Positions 1-12,900 of a stretch of DNA of 64,000 nt are shown here, in pieces (position 1 is the stretch's first letter; each line of letters opens with the position of its first letter). The stretch is from NCBI GenBank assembly GCA_020137815.1, contig CM035361.1, positions 3,720,001-3,784,000 of the forward strand. Direction: 5' to 3'. Source of the DNA: Hormiphora californensis. Lineage: Eukaryota; Animalia; Ctenophora. Position numbers and translations under genes: made by a program. The notes under the pieces are model-generated. The model was not told where the DNA came from, did not search any database, and saw only the letters and a program-made list of their open reading frames with translations.

Positions 1-3000
1 ATTATCTTTCCTCAAGGCCCTTGTTTTTTTAATTCTTCTTTTCCCCGTGCCACCAGTCCCGGTGAAGGTTTGAGGAGGGGGGGGGGGTTTGAGGGCGTTA
101 ACCCATTATCAATACCCATTATAAGTAAAATTCCCCAAAAAACTAAAAAAAAAAAAAAAATATTTTTTCTTGGGTTAATTGGGGCCAAAAACCCAGGTTA
201 ACTTTCCCCCTTCTTTTTTCCTCGGATCCGCCCCCAAAATCCCCGGTAGGTTTAAAAGGGGGGAGTGGGTGTTCGAGGGGCCCTAAATTTAAACCAAAAC
301 CCAAACCAAAAACAGTAAAGTCTCCTTAAAAAATCTCTCGGATCCCTCCCGATCTCTATTTTCCTGGTTTCTCGGGTCTTTTCTAAAACAAGGCTGTTAA
401 AAGTGATTTGATAAGTGAAAAACGGGCATGTTTTTACGGGGTTTTGGGGTGCCAAAGTGGGGGTTTTTGTTACTTTACTTTACAAGTGGCGCGGTTTTCC
501 GGTTTTACTTTCCCTTTTAAAATGGCGCGGTGCCGTGTTACCCCTTTTTTTTACAAGTGGCGTGGTTTCGTGTTTACTTTACTTTTCAAGGGGGGCGGTT
601 TCCCGTGTTAACCTTTTCTTTACAGTGGGGCTTTTGCCGTGTTACTTTACTTTTTTAAAATGGGCGGTTTCCCCCATTACTTTACTTTTTCAAGTGGCGC
701 GGGGCCGTGTACTTTAATTTAAAAAGGGGGCGCGGTTTGGGTGGGGTTTCTTTTTACTTTACAAGTGGGCCGCAGGGCCTGTTATTATTTCTTTAACAAG
801 GGCGGGGCGAAGGGGGGATTCCCCCCATTTTAAAAGGGTAAAGGGGGGCCCCGGGGAAAGGGGCCCCGGGGGGGTGGGGGTTAAAATTTAACTTTACAAG
901 GGGGGTTTAAACCTTAAGGGGGGGAGAAAGGGGGGGACCCCAAACCCAAAAAGCCCGGGGAACCTGGAGGGGTTTCCCTGTTCTTTTTTTTCTTTTTCCA
1001 AACCCCCTTTTTTCCCGGGGCCGGGGGTTATTTAATTACAAAGGGGGCAACGGGGCCTTTTTTACTTTTTTTAAAAGTGGGCGGGGGGTGCCGTGTTTCT
1101 TTAATTTTCAAAGTGGGGGTGCCCTGTTACTTTACTTTTCAAGTGGCGCGGTTGCCGTGTTTTAAATTTTCTTTACAAAATGGGCGGTGGGCCCAGTTAG
1201 CCCAAACTGTTTTATTTTGAGAAATTTGGGAAAAGGGGGCCCCTCCCCCCCACTAACCCCCCCACAATTGAAAAATTCCTTTATTTTTTAATTATTTTAT
1301 TTTTTGGGTTTTTTTTTAAATGGGTAAATCCCCCTTTTAAAAAAAGGGAATAATGGGGGAAAGGGTTTTCCTCAAGGGAAAGAAAAAAGGAAGGAAAAAG
1401 AAGGAAGGGGAAATCCGGGGGGTTTTTTGGGAAGGGACCTTAACAGACGGGGAAAATAATACTTTGGGGAAAAAGGGGAAAAGAAGGGGAAGGAGGGGGG
1501 AAAAAGGGGGAAAAAAATGAAAAGGATAATCAATGCCTTGAAGGGGGAAATATTAGGGAAAAGGTTTAGATTAAAGTACCCCTTTTTCCCCAAAGCCTTT
1601 TTGGGGAACAATTTTTGCTCCGATTTTTTGAAACCCAATTTTAAAAAAGACGGAAACAAAATAGCGGGAAAAAAGGGGAAAAACCCCCCAATTCCCCCAA
1701 AACAACAAGCCCCAGGATGCAAAAATTCCCCCCGCCCTGGGAATGAGGGCCGCGGGTAAAAAATTTTCCCATTTTTCCCCCCCAAACCAACCCCCCCTTT
1801 TCCCGGAAATAAAAAATTGCACCCCGGCCGGTGGGGAGGCATAAAGAAGATGAAAAGGAGAAGAGGGCCCCAAAAGGGGAAGTGCACCTCGAAAAGGAAA
1901 ACGAGAGGGGAAGGGAAAACCCCCCCGGGTAAGGGCAACCTGAGGGGAAAAACGGGCCCAAAAGGGGTTGGGAAAACCAAAAAGGGGGAAAAAAAAATTT
2001 GGGGAAAGGAAAGAGAAAAGGGGAAGAAGGGGAAGAAGGGGAAGGGGAGACGAAAGGGAAAGGGTTTGGGTTTTGGTGCGAATTCCCGGGAAGAAACGAT
2101 GGGGAAAAAAACCCTTAATTAACCCCCCCCCCAAAAGTTCCGTGGAATTTAAAAAAGGGGTTGGGAAAGGGCCCAATTTTGCCAAATTTTCGGGCATCGC
2201 ACTATAGAACGCATTACCCACCCTACATAGACGATTATAAACGCATTATAAAAAGAAAGAGACGGCAAATTTTAGACACACGAAATTTGACGCCCCCAAT
2301 TTTGTAAGGCACATAGGGCGCCCTATAAAAGAAGTTAAAAAAGAAAATAAACGATTTATAGAAGCGAAAAAGATTGCCCCTTAAGGCCCCATTAAAAACC
2401 CCCAAAAACAAATTTATAGAAGCACCCATAGACGCATTTTAGGGCTGCTATAGCAGCACCATAAAAAATTTCATAGAACCCCTTTTAGAAGCAGGGTTTA
2501 AAGCATTTTAGAAGCAAAAAACGCTTTTTATAGACCCCCGGTCTAAAAAAACGTGCCCTTTTTAAAAAAAGCCCCCTTTTTGAAGTAATCCCGGCTTTCA
2601 GGGCGAAAAATTTGAGGCGCAGTTGGGCCCAAATATTAAAAGGCATTTTTTTTGCATTAAAAGGAAGGCCAAAAAGGATGAACGATTATAGACGCATTTT
2701 AGACGCATGTGTTTCGAAATCGATAAAGACGCAAATAAAAGGAAAAAAAGAAAAGGGGGAGGGGGGAAAGAGAGGGCGACGGAGGGGCGGGGTCGGGGGA
2801 AGGGGAAGGGGGGGGAAAGGGAGGGGGACTGAGGGAGGGGGGAAATGGACAGGAAAAAAGAGGGGTAAAGGGCCTTTAGAAAAGAAGGGGGCAAGTAAGA
2901 TGGCAAAAGGAGTAAGATGGAAAAATGTGAATAGGGAAGGAGTGGACATAAAAAAGAGTGAGACCCAAAAAGGGCAGAGAGGGAAAAAAAAATGGACAGG

Positions 3001-4760
3001 AAAACGGAAAGGACAAAAACACGCCTTACTATCGCCCCCCTTGTCTCATTTTTTTTCCTTTTTTCCATATTCCCTCCTCTCCATTTTTAATTTCCCCTTT
3101 TTGTTCTCAACTTTGTCCAGGCTTTGGGGGGGAAAAGGGTTTTCCATCCCCGGCCCCTTTCCTTTTTTCGGGCCTCAAAAAAAAAAAATCCCCCAATCCC
3201 CTCCCTCCTAACCTTTCTCCCTCTTCCCCTTTTTTTAATTTCGTTATATTGGGGTTTTTTCGTTTCGGGGGAATTTGGGCTATAATGCGTCAAATGGTTT
3301 TATTTTAAGCTTCCTTTTTTATGCCGGGCAAAAAAGCGTTTATAGGGGGGGCCCCCAAATTTCCATCAAATTTTTGGCAGGTGCCCTCCCGGGGTTTGTC
3401 TATAGTGCTTCTTTAAAAAAAAAAACCCCGTTTTTTTTTTAGACGCGGCGTCTATAAAAAGGGGATTTGCCCTCTATAAGTTCTATCCCTGGTTATTTTT
3501 GGGGGTTTTGAGCGTTTATTGGTTTTTTACTTTTAGTCAGTTATAATGCGTTATAGGGCGGGGTTGGGTTAAGGGGAGGGTTTGGGGGGGGGGAAATAGG
3601 TTTCGGCCCTATAATAAGGGGAATATACTGCGTGGGGTCTTAAAAAAAAATTCGTTTATATTGCCCGTTTTTAAAGGGTTATATTTCGGGCTAATGGTTT
3701 CTTCCCAAATTGCGTCTAAAATTGCGTGCTTCCCATAAGCGTCTTAAAGGTTTATAATGCGGGTTTATAATTTGGTTTTATGTACGTGGGTTTTGCGTCT
3801 TGTGGATGCCCGCAAATGCCCAAAAATTTCCGAGTTAATTTTTACGCAGTGGGTACAGAGGTTTAATTAACGAAATTTAAAGGGAGGGAATACGCAATTT
3901 TTTTGGGAAAGTTTTTTAAAAAAAAACCGGGAAGGGGGAAACTAGAATTTTAATACGCCGTGTAAAAAAAATTTGGGTAAGGGGGGGAAAAAGAAGGGGC
4001 ACAAGAATTTTGGGGGGAGAGTAGGGAGGAGAGAGAAAAAGAGAGAGGAGGAGGAGAAGGGGGAGAGAAAAGAGAGAGGGGAGAAAAGAGGGGGAGAGAG
4101 GGGAGAAGGGGGAAAAAGAAAAAGGATCAAAAAGAGAGGAGGAGAGAAGAGAGGAGAGAGGAAGAAGAGAGAGAAGAAAATGGAGGAAAAGAGAGAGAGA
4201 GAGAGAGAGAGATAGGAGAGAGGAGAAACGAGAGGAGAGAGAGAGCCGGGGGAGGAGAGAGAGAGAGAGAGGGGAGGGGAAAAAGAGAGGAGGAGCGGGG
4301 AAAAAGACCGGGGGAAGAAGAAAAGCGGGGGATGCGAGAGAGGAGCTCTCCAAAAAGGGACGGGGCTTTCCTCCTTCCGATTTGTCCCAGGCCTTAGGAT
4401 TTTCTGCCAATGCTTTAAAGCTCCTCTCTTTTTCAAGCTTTCTTCCAATCTTTCCCCAAGGGGAAATAATTTTTCTCCTTCGTCCCTTTTTCTCTCTCTC
4501 GCTCTCTTTTCCCCTCTCTCCTTTTCTCTCCCCCATCTTAAAACTCATCCTCCCCCTAAACCTTCTCATACCTTTCCTTTTTTTTAAATTTAAAACGCAG
4601 TGATAGACAAAGGGCAAAAATTATGGTTATACATTTTTTGGAAAATTTAAACAATTTTTTCTGCACCTTTTAATTTAAAGGAGATAGAGATTTGAGATAG
4701 AATAGAGATAGAAAAAAGGGTTAGAGAGAGGGGGTTTGTAAGGGGATAGAGTAGAGATAG
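1..4760. other. Low-accuracy consensus region (homopolymer-inflated), mostly degraded repeats
   Basis: Pervasive G/C/A/T runs. The ORFs are only G/K/F/P-rich. 4540-4760 is a corrupted copy of about 9020-9170. Confidence 0.8.
440..1195. repeat. Degenerate ~33-bp tandem repeat (GTTACTTTACTTTACAAGTGGCGCGG...)
   Basis: The TTACTTTAC...CAAGTGGCGCGG motif recurs many times in error-prone sequence. Confidence 0.7.
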
Positions 4761-7700
4761 ATACCTGTATTAACAGTGAAACCTTGAAAGTATAGAGTTC
4801 ATGTGTTGCCACGATTGATTATTAGCTCATCTTCAGTAAACTTCCTCTTGTTCATACTTTGTGAGCGTGGTGACAACCGTATGTGTCAGGCGACTCCTTA
4901 AAACCTAACAAATTGTTTGGGAAGCGTTATTGTCTATGAGTATATATATACGGTTTATATATAAACATTGCTCTATCTAATTGCTGTCAGTCCCCAATTA
5001 GTGGTCCTTGTTATTAATGGGGGATGATGGTCTGTAGGGGGGATATGAATGCCATTGTTCTTCAAAACAGTTAAATTATGAATAATATCTGTTCAACGAC
5101 ATACAAACATTCTCTCTCTATAGAGTAATAGTGATAGATGGATTATATGGTGTAGTATATATAGCGTTGTGCCTCATTAAACTTAGTGCATAAGTTTATG
5201 TGCGTTATACAGAGGGGAATATACTGGGCCTACTGTTATGTTCTAACCCTACGTTACCTCCTTACCATTCGTTTAAGAGAAAACCCTCTAATTTAGGTTT
5301 CAGATAATATAGATTAGGACGGCCCCTTTACTGAAAGTTTAGCACCTCGGTACGGAGTGGCTTAGGGCTTAGAATCGAAGATTATAAGCACCGCATGCTT
5401 GTCCAGTGATTGGGAAAGATCTATAGACTATACCCTTTGACTTTTGAATTTACTTAATAATCAAACATTGGTATATTATTCTCGGACTATCGCTTTGATA
5501 ACAGTATTGTTCGGCAACATTAGCGGAAGAATAAATTTACACCTTCAAGAAGGATAGCCCTTTGCGACATTTCACAGTTCAATTTTCACCTCTGTCTGTT
5601 CCAGTTCACTATAATAATAAGTGTAATGAAAGGCTCAAGAAATACCACCTCTGTCACCTCTACTAATGGAGGCTCTGTACACAAATCAATGCATCGTGAT
5701 AATGCAAACAGCATCGGAGCAATTTTCAATGCAAATTAACACCCAGAGGTATTGTTCATATTTTGTGGTTCAGCTTCTCTCTGCCACTTGAATGTGTTAG
5801 TACTACGTGTCGCTATAGGACTCTACGTTAATTATTTTACCGTTAATTGGCTGAGAACCTGGAATTTGTTACATCAGGCTAACTATCTATACCCCCTCTA
5901 TCCATTACACCTCTATGTCTGCAGCTCCCTCTTGCCATAATGTATCTCCCTAGTCCCTCTACTATTATACCTCTCTAGCCCTGTATCTCTCTCTCTCTCT
6001 CTCTCTCTGTCAGTATCTCCTACTGTGGCACTGTACCTGTAACTCTTCTGTTTTTTCTCTCTAACGCACCGGTATATAATTATGGAATTACGTATTCGAT
6101 ACTACCTATACCCTTGGTTGATATATCCGGACTACGTTGTAGTCTGCGTTGGATAGTATTTGTAGGGTTTCGGTACATCGTTAATCAAGTCTATCGAGAA
6201 TCGAGATCCTTCAATGGCAATTCTACTCAAATATTTGACCTTTTATAAATTCACGGCATGGCGTGCACGCGTGTGGGACAGTTTTGGTTGACTGATTATA
6301 TATCAAGCTGGTTGATATATCAACTGGACCTCAATCAATAATGTCCATCTAGGGCCTAATATTTATTATATATTAATGATATCTTACCATTGGTTGATGG
6401 TAGAGAATGAATACATATATTCATTGTCGATTGTGTAGTGTCTGATATAATGCATATTTTGATTTAATGCATTATAATATTATATATTATTTGAATATCA
6501 TATTATAATGTATATTATCATAAAGTATCTCGACGTTGGTTGTTTGGTAATGATATAGGCTTGTCTGCCATTGATCTCTATATCATTGTACACAAGGGTG
6601 GGGAGAGGTTTTCCGGACCAAATGCAACAATGAAACCGTGAATATTTTGATTTTAAACTTTTTGTAAAGTTGTACAAACTCTCGCGGTTTCAGCGGTTTC
6701 AGATATAATGATCTTTCAAGCACGCATAGTGAATGTAGAATGTAGTTTCTTGCTAGGAAGCTATAGTTATTTATTTCTCCCAAGTTTTATATTATATTTG
6801 AATTCAGAACCATAATTACATAGCGATTTAGCCCACATTTTGACAGACTGTTGTGGAAACCGGAAGTTTATCTGTAACACACTCTAGTACAAAAAGGAAA
6901 ATATCAATTTATTCTTCTACATACATAGATGATCATATCTTCTTTGTATCATACTTGCCTTGCCTGACACTTGCCTGACACTTGCCTGACACTTGCCTGA
7001 CACTTGACAGTGTGTTCGTGCTACGTATAACTTAAAGTATGTACAATTTATCTATACCACGTATCTCAAAGTTCACTGTGTGTGTGTATATTTTCCACGA
7101 TCCAAGAAATGTACACGAAAAGCGCTGAACTGTGCAATTATTCGAGAGCTTGGAAAAGTTTAAATGTTTCTTTCTGAGTAAGCTATTCTTTCTCTCGCCT
7201 ATTCCTTTTTTTAATTGTCTTAAATCTATGTATTAATATATATTTAGAGAGAGATCTTTCGGTATTGTATAACCGTCAGTTGATTCGTTTTGTTCATGGG
7301 CACGGACTTGTCATAGACAAGTTTGATTTGAAAAAATGAATGAAAGTCCAAGTCAGGGCCCAAGAACGTTGCCCCACAATTCATTTAAGGCCCGGGGGGG
7401 TCGGGATCATCAATCATTTTTCAAGAGATGCGTTGTAAAATGAAATTTGATTGGTTAGGGGAGCAAAGAAAGGGGTCCGTTAAAAATCTAGCTAATTGAC
7501 TTGCTACCCAATTAACTCAGTTGATGGACTTAATGAACGATTTGTAGTCCATGTCTTTCAGGACACCAGTGCATGATAGTATTATGTAACAGTCTTCTTG
7601 GGTAGGACGTCTCTTGGTAGATTTGCCTTTTGTGTTGACCAGTGGACCCGGGGACCACCCGTACAGTTTAACGCAGTGATTAACATGTCTAATAATAGAT

Positions 7701-7879
7701 ATGCTCACTGAGCATTGCTCCGAGACGGGGCTGCTCAACGCGGGGATTAGCACATGGTACTCTTGATGGCCCACATGTAATGTTAGCCCAAATACTCACG
7801 ATTCAGCTATGTATAATGAGAGGCACGATCTATCTTCCATATTACACAATGGAACTGTTCATGCACATATTAGCCAAGA

Positions 7880-9470
7880 ATGGGAGGAGAGAGAGATCCG
7901 GCCGCGAGACCCTCCGGACCGACTCGTGATAACGCCCTCCTAGACGATCCGAGCTTAGAGAGACGACGAGAGAAGACCTGTTGCATGGCGCGGAAAGATG
8001 GGTCGGCGCGAAGACCCGGAGGAGAGAGCTGGGGAGTCCTCAGGTCGGGGCGGGCATGGTGGAGAGGAGAGAGAGTGAGTGAGACGGGAGCGAGAGACGG
8101 AGGACGAGGCGGAGTTGGAAGGATCCGAGCGAGAGGAGAGACGAGGAGGAGAGAGCGGGGAGAGAAAGAGGACGAGAGTGGGAAGAGAGAGAGAGAGAGA
8201 GGAGAAGAGAGTGAAGAGAGAGCCCCACCCCGAGGATGAGAGGAGAGGGGGAGAGGAGGGAGAGAGCACAGCTAGGGGGGGCGCGAGAGCCCCGAAGAAG
8301 CCCCAGGGAGAGAGAAGCCAGAGGAGAAGCGGCTAGAGGCAGAGACCCCAGAGGAGATGGACCGCAAGAGAGAGCAGGAGACGTTCACCCACACCAAGAG
8401 GAAGGACTGGAGGCGAGCGGATGAAACTGAAAAGACGAGGACAAGATGATGACGTCCGAAGCCTGAGAGATGAGAGAGAGGCAGGAACGAAGAGAGAGGA
8501 GAGAGGAGGAGAGACCGATGAAGAGAGAGAGAGGAGAGAGATGAGAGACGAGGAGAGCGAGAAGAAGAGAAGGACGAAGGAGAGAGGACGGCAGAGAAGC
8601 GAGAGAAGGAAGAGAAAAACCGGAGAGTCGAGTCAGAGAAAAGAGAGAGACCGGAGGAGGAGAGAGAAGAGAGAGGAGAAGAAGAAGCAAAAGAGAGGGG
8701 AAAAAGAGAGAAGAGAGGAGAGAGGAAGAAAGAGAAAAGAAAAAAAAGAGAGAGAGAGAGAGAGAGAGAAAAGGGAAAAGAGAGCAGAAAAAAGGAGGGG
8801 AAGAGGGAGGAGAGAGAAAGAAGAGAGAAGAGAGAAAAAGGGAATATTTTAAGAAAAAAAGGGAAGTAAAACCTCCTAGGGGCCCCCCCTTTTTTCCTTA
8901 TCTCTCCTTCTTTTCTCTCTCCTCTTCCCCCCTTCCTTTCTTCCTTTCCTTCCCATTCTTCTCCTTCCCTCTCTCTCTCTCCTCTTTTTCCTCTCTCCCC
9001 TTTCTCTCCCCTATTTTTAAATCTCATCCTCCCTCTATCCTTCTCATACCTTTCCTTTTGTTAAATAATACGCAGTGATAGACAATTTGACAAAAATTTG
9101 GTTAACATGTTGGAATTGAAACAATTTTTCTGCACTGAATTTATGGAGATAGAGATAGAGATAGAATAGAGTAGAATAAAAGTAAAAAGTAGAGAAGAGA
9201 AAAGTGAGATAGAGAGGGAGGGGGATAGAGAGAGGGAGATAGAGATAGAGATAGATAAGAGATAGATATAGAGATAGTAAGAGAGGGAGATAGAGAGGGA
9301 GATAAGGGGGGAGAGGAGGTAAAGAGGAGGGAATAGAAAATAGAGAAGAGATAGAGATAGGATAGAGTAGAGATAGAGATAAAATATTGAGAGGGAGATA
9401 GAGAGGGAGATAGAGATAGAGATAGAGAGGGAGAGGGGAGATAGGAGGGAAGAGAGAGAGAAAAACCCCC
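7880..9470. repeat. GA/CT-rich low-complexity microsatellite tract
   Basis: (GA)n, (CT)n and (GAGATA)n runs. The overlapping ORFs are simple-sequence translations. Confidence 0.85.
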
Positions 9471-9564
9471 ACTTTTTTCGGGTTGTAGCAACAATATCCA
9501 ATTTTTTATCACTGCGTATTTACATTCTAGTATTTACATTCTAGTTCTGGTAGGATATTACCAA

Positions 9565-9842
9565 TGATTGCGTATTCGCTCTGCATTCACTGCGTATTCA
9601 CTCTGTATTCAATGCGTATTCACTCTGTATTCACTGCGTAAACAGTTCTGGTAGGATATCCCCAATGATTGCGTATTCACTCTGCATTCACTGCGTATCA
9701 CTCTGGAACCACTCTGCATTCACTCTGCATTCAACTCTGCATTTCGTCTGGCATTCACTCTGCATTCGCTCTGCATTCACTCTGCATTCACTCTGCATTC
9801 GCTCTGCATTCACTCTGCATTCGCTCTGTATTCACTGCGTAA
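9565..9842. repeat. 11-bp tandem repeat (TGCATTCACTC)n
   Basis: Directly visible tandem array. Confidence 0.85.
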
Positions 9843-9964
9843 ACACTATCGATTTAAGGATATGGAGGATGCGGGTAGTACCTATAGTTCATAAAACATT
9901 AAAACGTGTTCTTTTGTTTTATCACACAGGCTCGTTCAATAAAATACAATGTTATACCCTTCAG

Positions 9965-12900
9965 ACTGGACAGCTGTAAAGCGGGATGATGTGAAGATAC
10001 CCTGGGACCTGGAGGCAACACCTCTCCAAATAAAGACGGACTCTACACTTGGTAGTGATGAGTGGATCATTGTGTATATGTACGACAAGGACATCAACAC
10101 TATCGTTAATGTGGGTGTCAAGTTCTCCTCCCCGATGAGGTATCAGATAGGCTACTGCGTCAGCGGCTACCCAGAGCTGCCAGTGGAACCCCCGGTAGAG
10201 GTGGATAAGATCTGGGCAATCACCAAAACAGAGACCGCCATCATCATCACATGCAACAATGTGGAGATACTGAACTACCTGTTCACAGATAGTTCATATA
10301 ACAACTGTGTTACCAAGTGGGGTGGTGACGTTGTGGAGCAGATCCTGTTTCACAGTGCAGGTGACACAGCATCTGACTTCTACAGAGCAGGTAAGGCCGG
10401 CCAGCTTCTAAATGTCATGTGTAATTACACATTAATATACTTATTACTTATTATAGTACTGCCCAGCATTTCTGCACTAGGGTATATACACTATAGTATT
10501 TGATGCTTTGTAGGGAGTGTGATCTGGAGATCTCAGGTCTCAGTGAAAAATAGCCGTGCACTTGACCTGAGGTTCAGGCACAACTGTTCCCGGCCCCTTT
10601 GCCTCTGAATTGCAATGAACCCAAACCAATTAATATTTTCATTCAGCACCAGAGTGTCCTGCCTTTGCTGTTGAGGGATCAACACAAGGGAACTGGCCTG
10701 CCTCACCAATAGGGACAACTGCCACTATTAAATGTGCTTCCGCTCACGTCATGACGGGAAACGCCTCGCTGACATGTCAGGAGGACGAAACATGGTCAAG
10801 TGATTTTTTTTTTTTTTTTTTTTGGGGTCACTTAGCCACACGCTGAGCAAACCTCATACCACCCGGGTATGGGTAACTATGGCGCTAAGCTCCCCCCTTT
10901 CTCGATTTTGATGAAATGGGGGGAACCTATGGCATCAGTCATAAAGTCTGTCGAGTTGGGATTGTTCTGGAACAAGGTAACGTTTTGCCTTTGAGAGAGT
11001 CTTGAGTTTGGTTTAGTCTGGAACAAGGTAACATTTTGCCTTTGAGAGTGTCTTGAGCCCAGTTTGTTCTGGAACAAGGTAACGTTTTGCCTTTGAGGGT
11101 GTCTTGAGTTTAGTTTGGTCTGGAACAAGGTAACATTTTGCCTCTGCGTGTAACTTGGAGTTGGTCTGGATCGAGGTAACGTTTTGCCTTTGCGAGTGGG
11201 TCTGTTGGTGGCGCTATAGCTAGCTAAAAAACAGTAAATAAAAATATAAATCAAATCTCTCAATCGCCACATCCACTTTTCAAACCCAATGCTACATAAT
11301 ATCATTTAAAATGTGTACACAATAGATGGACAGACAATACGGACAGATTGAACTTACAGCATTTTGATGCATGATTGGTACCGTGATGTTGTTGATGATG
11401 AGATGAGTGGTGTGTCCACTGTCCATTTTCAGTTGAGATAGAGATAAACGAATACGATCAAACACAAATATGGGGTGAGACAGATTGTGACACCACTAGA
11501 ATGTATAATGTTCTAGAAGACAATGCGGACGGGACAGATAAGAACATTTGTTAATTGTTACACGCGATAAGCGACTTAGTGCACCAGAACACAAGGATTG
11601 TCTCTGTAGTGTGGTGTTTAGAAATGTCCGCTATATTGGGAGAGGTGGGTGGGGGAGGGTGGGTGGGGGTGGGGCGGGGGGTAATATTGGACAATAATGT
11701 AGCTGTAATTTAATAATGAGACCAGGCAAGGCTCGAGAGACAGTTCAGTGGTAACTGGGAGGTCATGTGTGATGGAAATGAGAACTAGAGACAGATTTGA
11801 GTTGCATTTTATTGATGAAAATAGCCCTTTTTGGTGTCTGAGACAAGCAAAAGTGAAACGAAATGCAACGTGACGAACCATGGTCAAGTGATGTACCGCA
11901 GTGTGATAAAATTGGTAAGTGTAATTTATGAACGCAGCCACTAATATTGAGGTAGCGAATGTGAGATCAGCCCCGGCTGTCTGGCGCAGCGACCCCACCT
12001 GAAAATCAAATGGGGTATGCGCGCCGCAACCCCATCTGAGAATCAAATGGGGTATGGCGCCGCAACCCCATCTAAGAATCAAATGGGGTATGCGCGCCGC
12101 AACCCCATCTGAGAATCAAATGGGGTATGGCGCCGCAACCCCATCTGAGAATCAAATGGGGTATGGCGCCGCAACCCCATCTGAGAATCAAATGGGGTAT
12201 GCGCGCCGCAACCCCATCTGAGAATCAAATGGGGTATGCGCACCGCAACCCCATCTGAGAATCAAATGGGGCCGTATGCGCGCCGCAACCCCATCTGAGA
12301 ATCAAATGGGGTATGCGCACCGCAACCCCATCTGAGAATCAAATGGGGTATGCGCGCCGCAACCCCATCTGAGCATCAAATGGGGTATGCGCGCCGCAAC
12401 CCCATCTGAGAATCAAATGGGGTATGCGCGCCGCCATACAGGCCCCAGGGCACGTGTCAGTGTAGTGTCGATGTGGGATAAATGTATTTTTGTTAGTTTA
12501 CTTTTAGTGGTTACTATATTTATTGTATTTCAGACTGGACAGCTGTAGAGCGGCCGGGTGTGAAGATACCCTGGGACCTGGTCGAGGTAACACCTGTCCA
12601 GATAAAGACGGATTCTACAGTGGGCAGTAATGAGCAGATCTATTTGTACATACATAATAAGGGCGGCTATTTCATCGGTAGTTTGGGTGTGATGTTCTCC
12701 TCCCCAATGCAGTATAGTATAGCCTACTGCACCAGCGACTGGCCAAACTGGCCAAACTGGCCAGTTCAACCCCCGGTTGAGGTGGATAAGATCTGGACGT
12801 TCACCGAAACAGAGACCGCCCTCATCATCACATGTAATAATGTGGAGGTGGTGAACTACCTGTTCGCAAATAGTTCAGATGACCGCTGTGTTACCAACTG

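Noticed and set aside
252-4617. Many long ORFs in the first 4.6 kb
   Set aside because: They are translations of homopolymer-corrupted low-complexity sequence with no recognisable domain.
3830-4760. Segmental duplication with about 8300-9170
   Set aside because: It is shared repeat/MITE and GA-rich sequence in low-accuracy consensus, so it cannot be distinguished from an assembly artefact.
7517-7774. 85-aa minus-strand ORF
   Set aside because: It has no recognisable motif and no linked exons could be established.
11993-12432. CRISPR-like palindromic ~37-bp repeats
   Set aside because: There are no unique spacers and no cas genes, and the context is eukaryotic. It is a plain tandem array inside a MITE.
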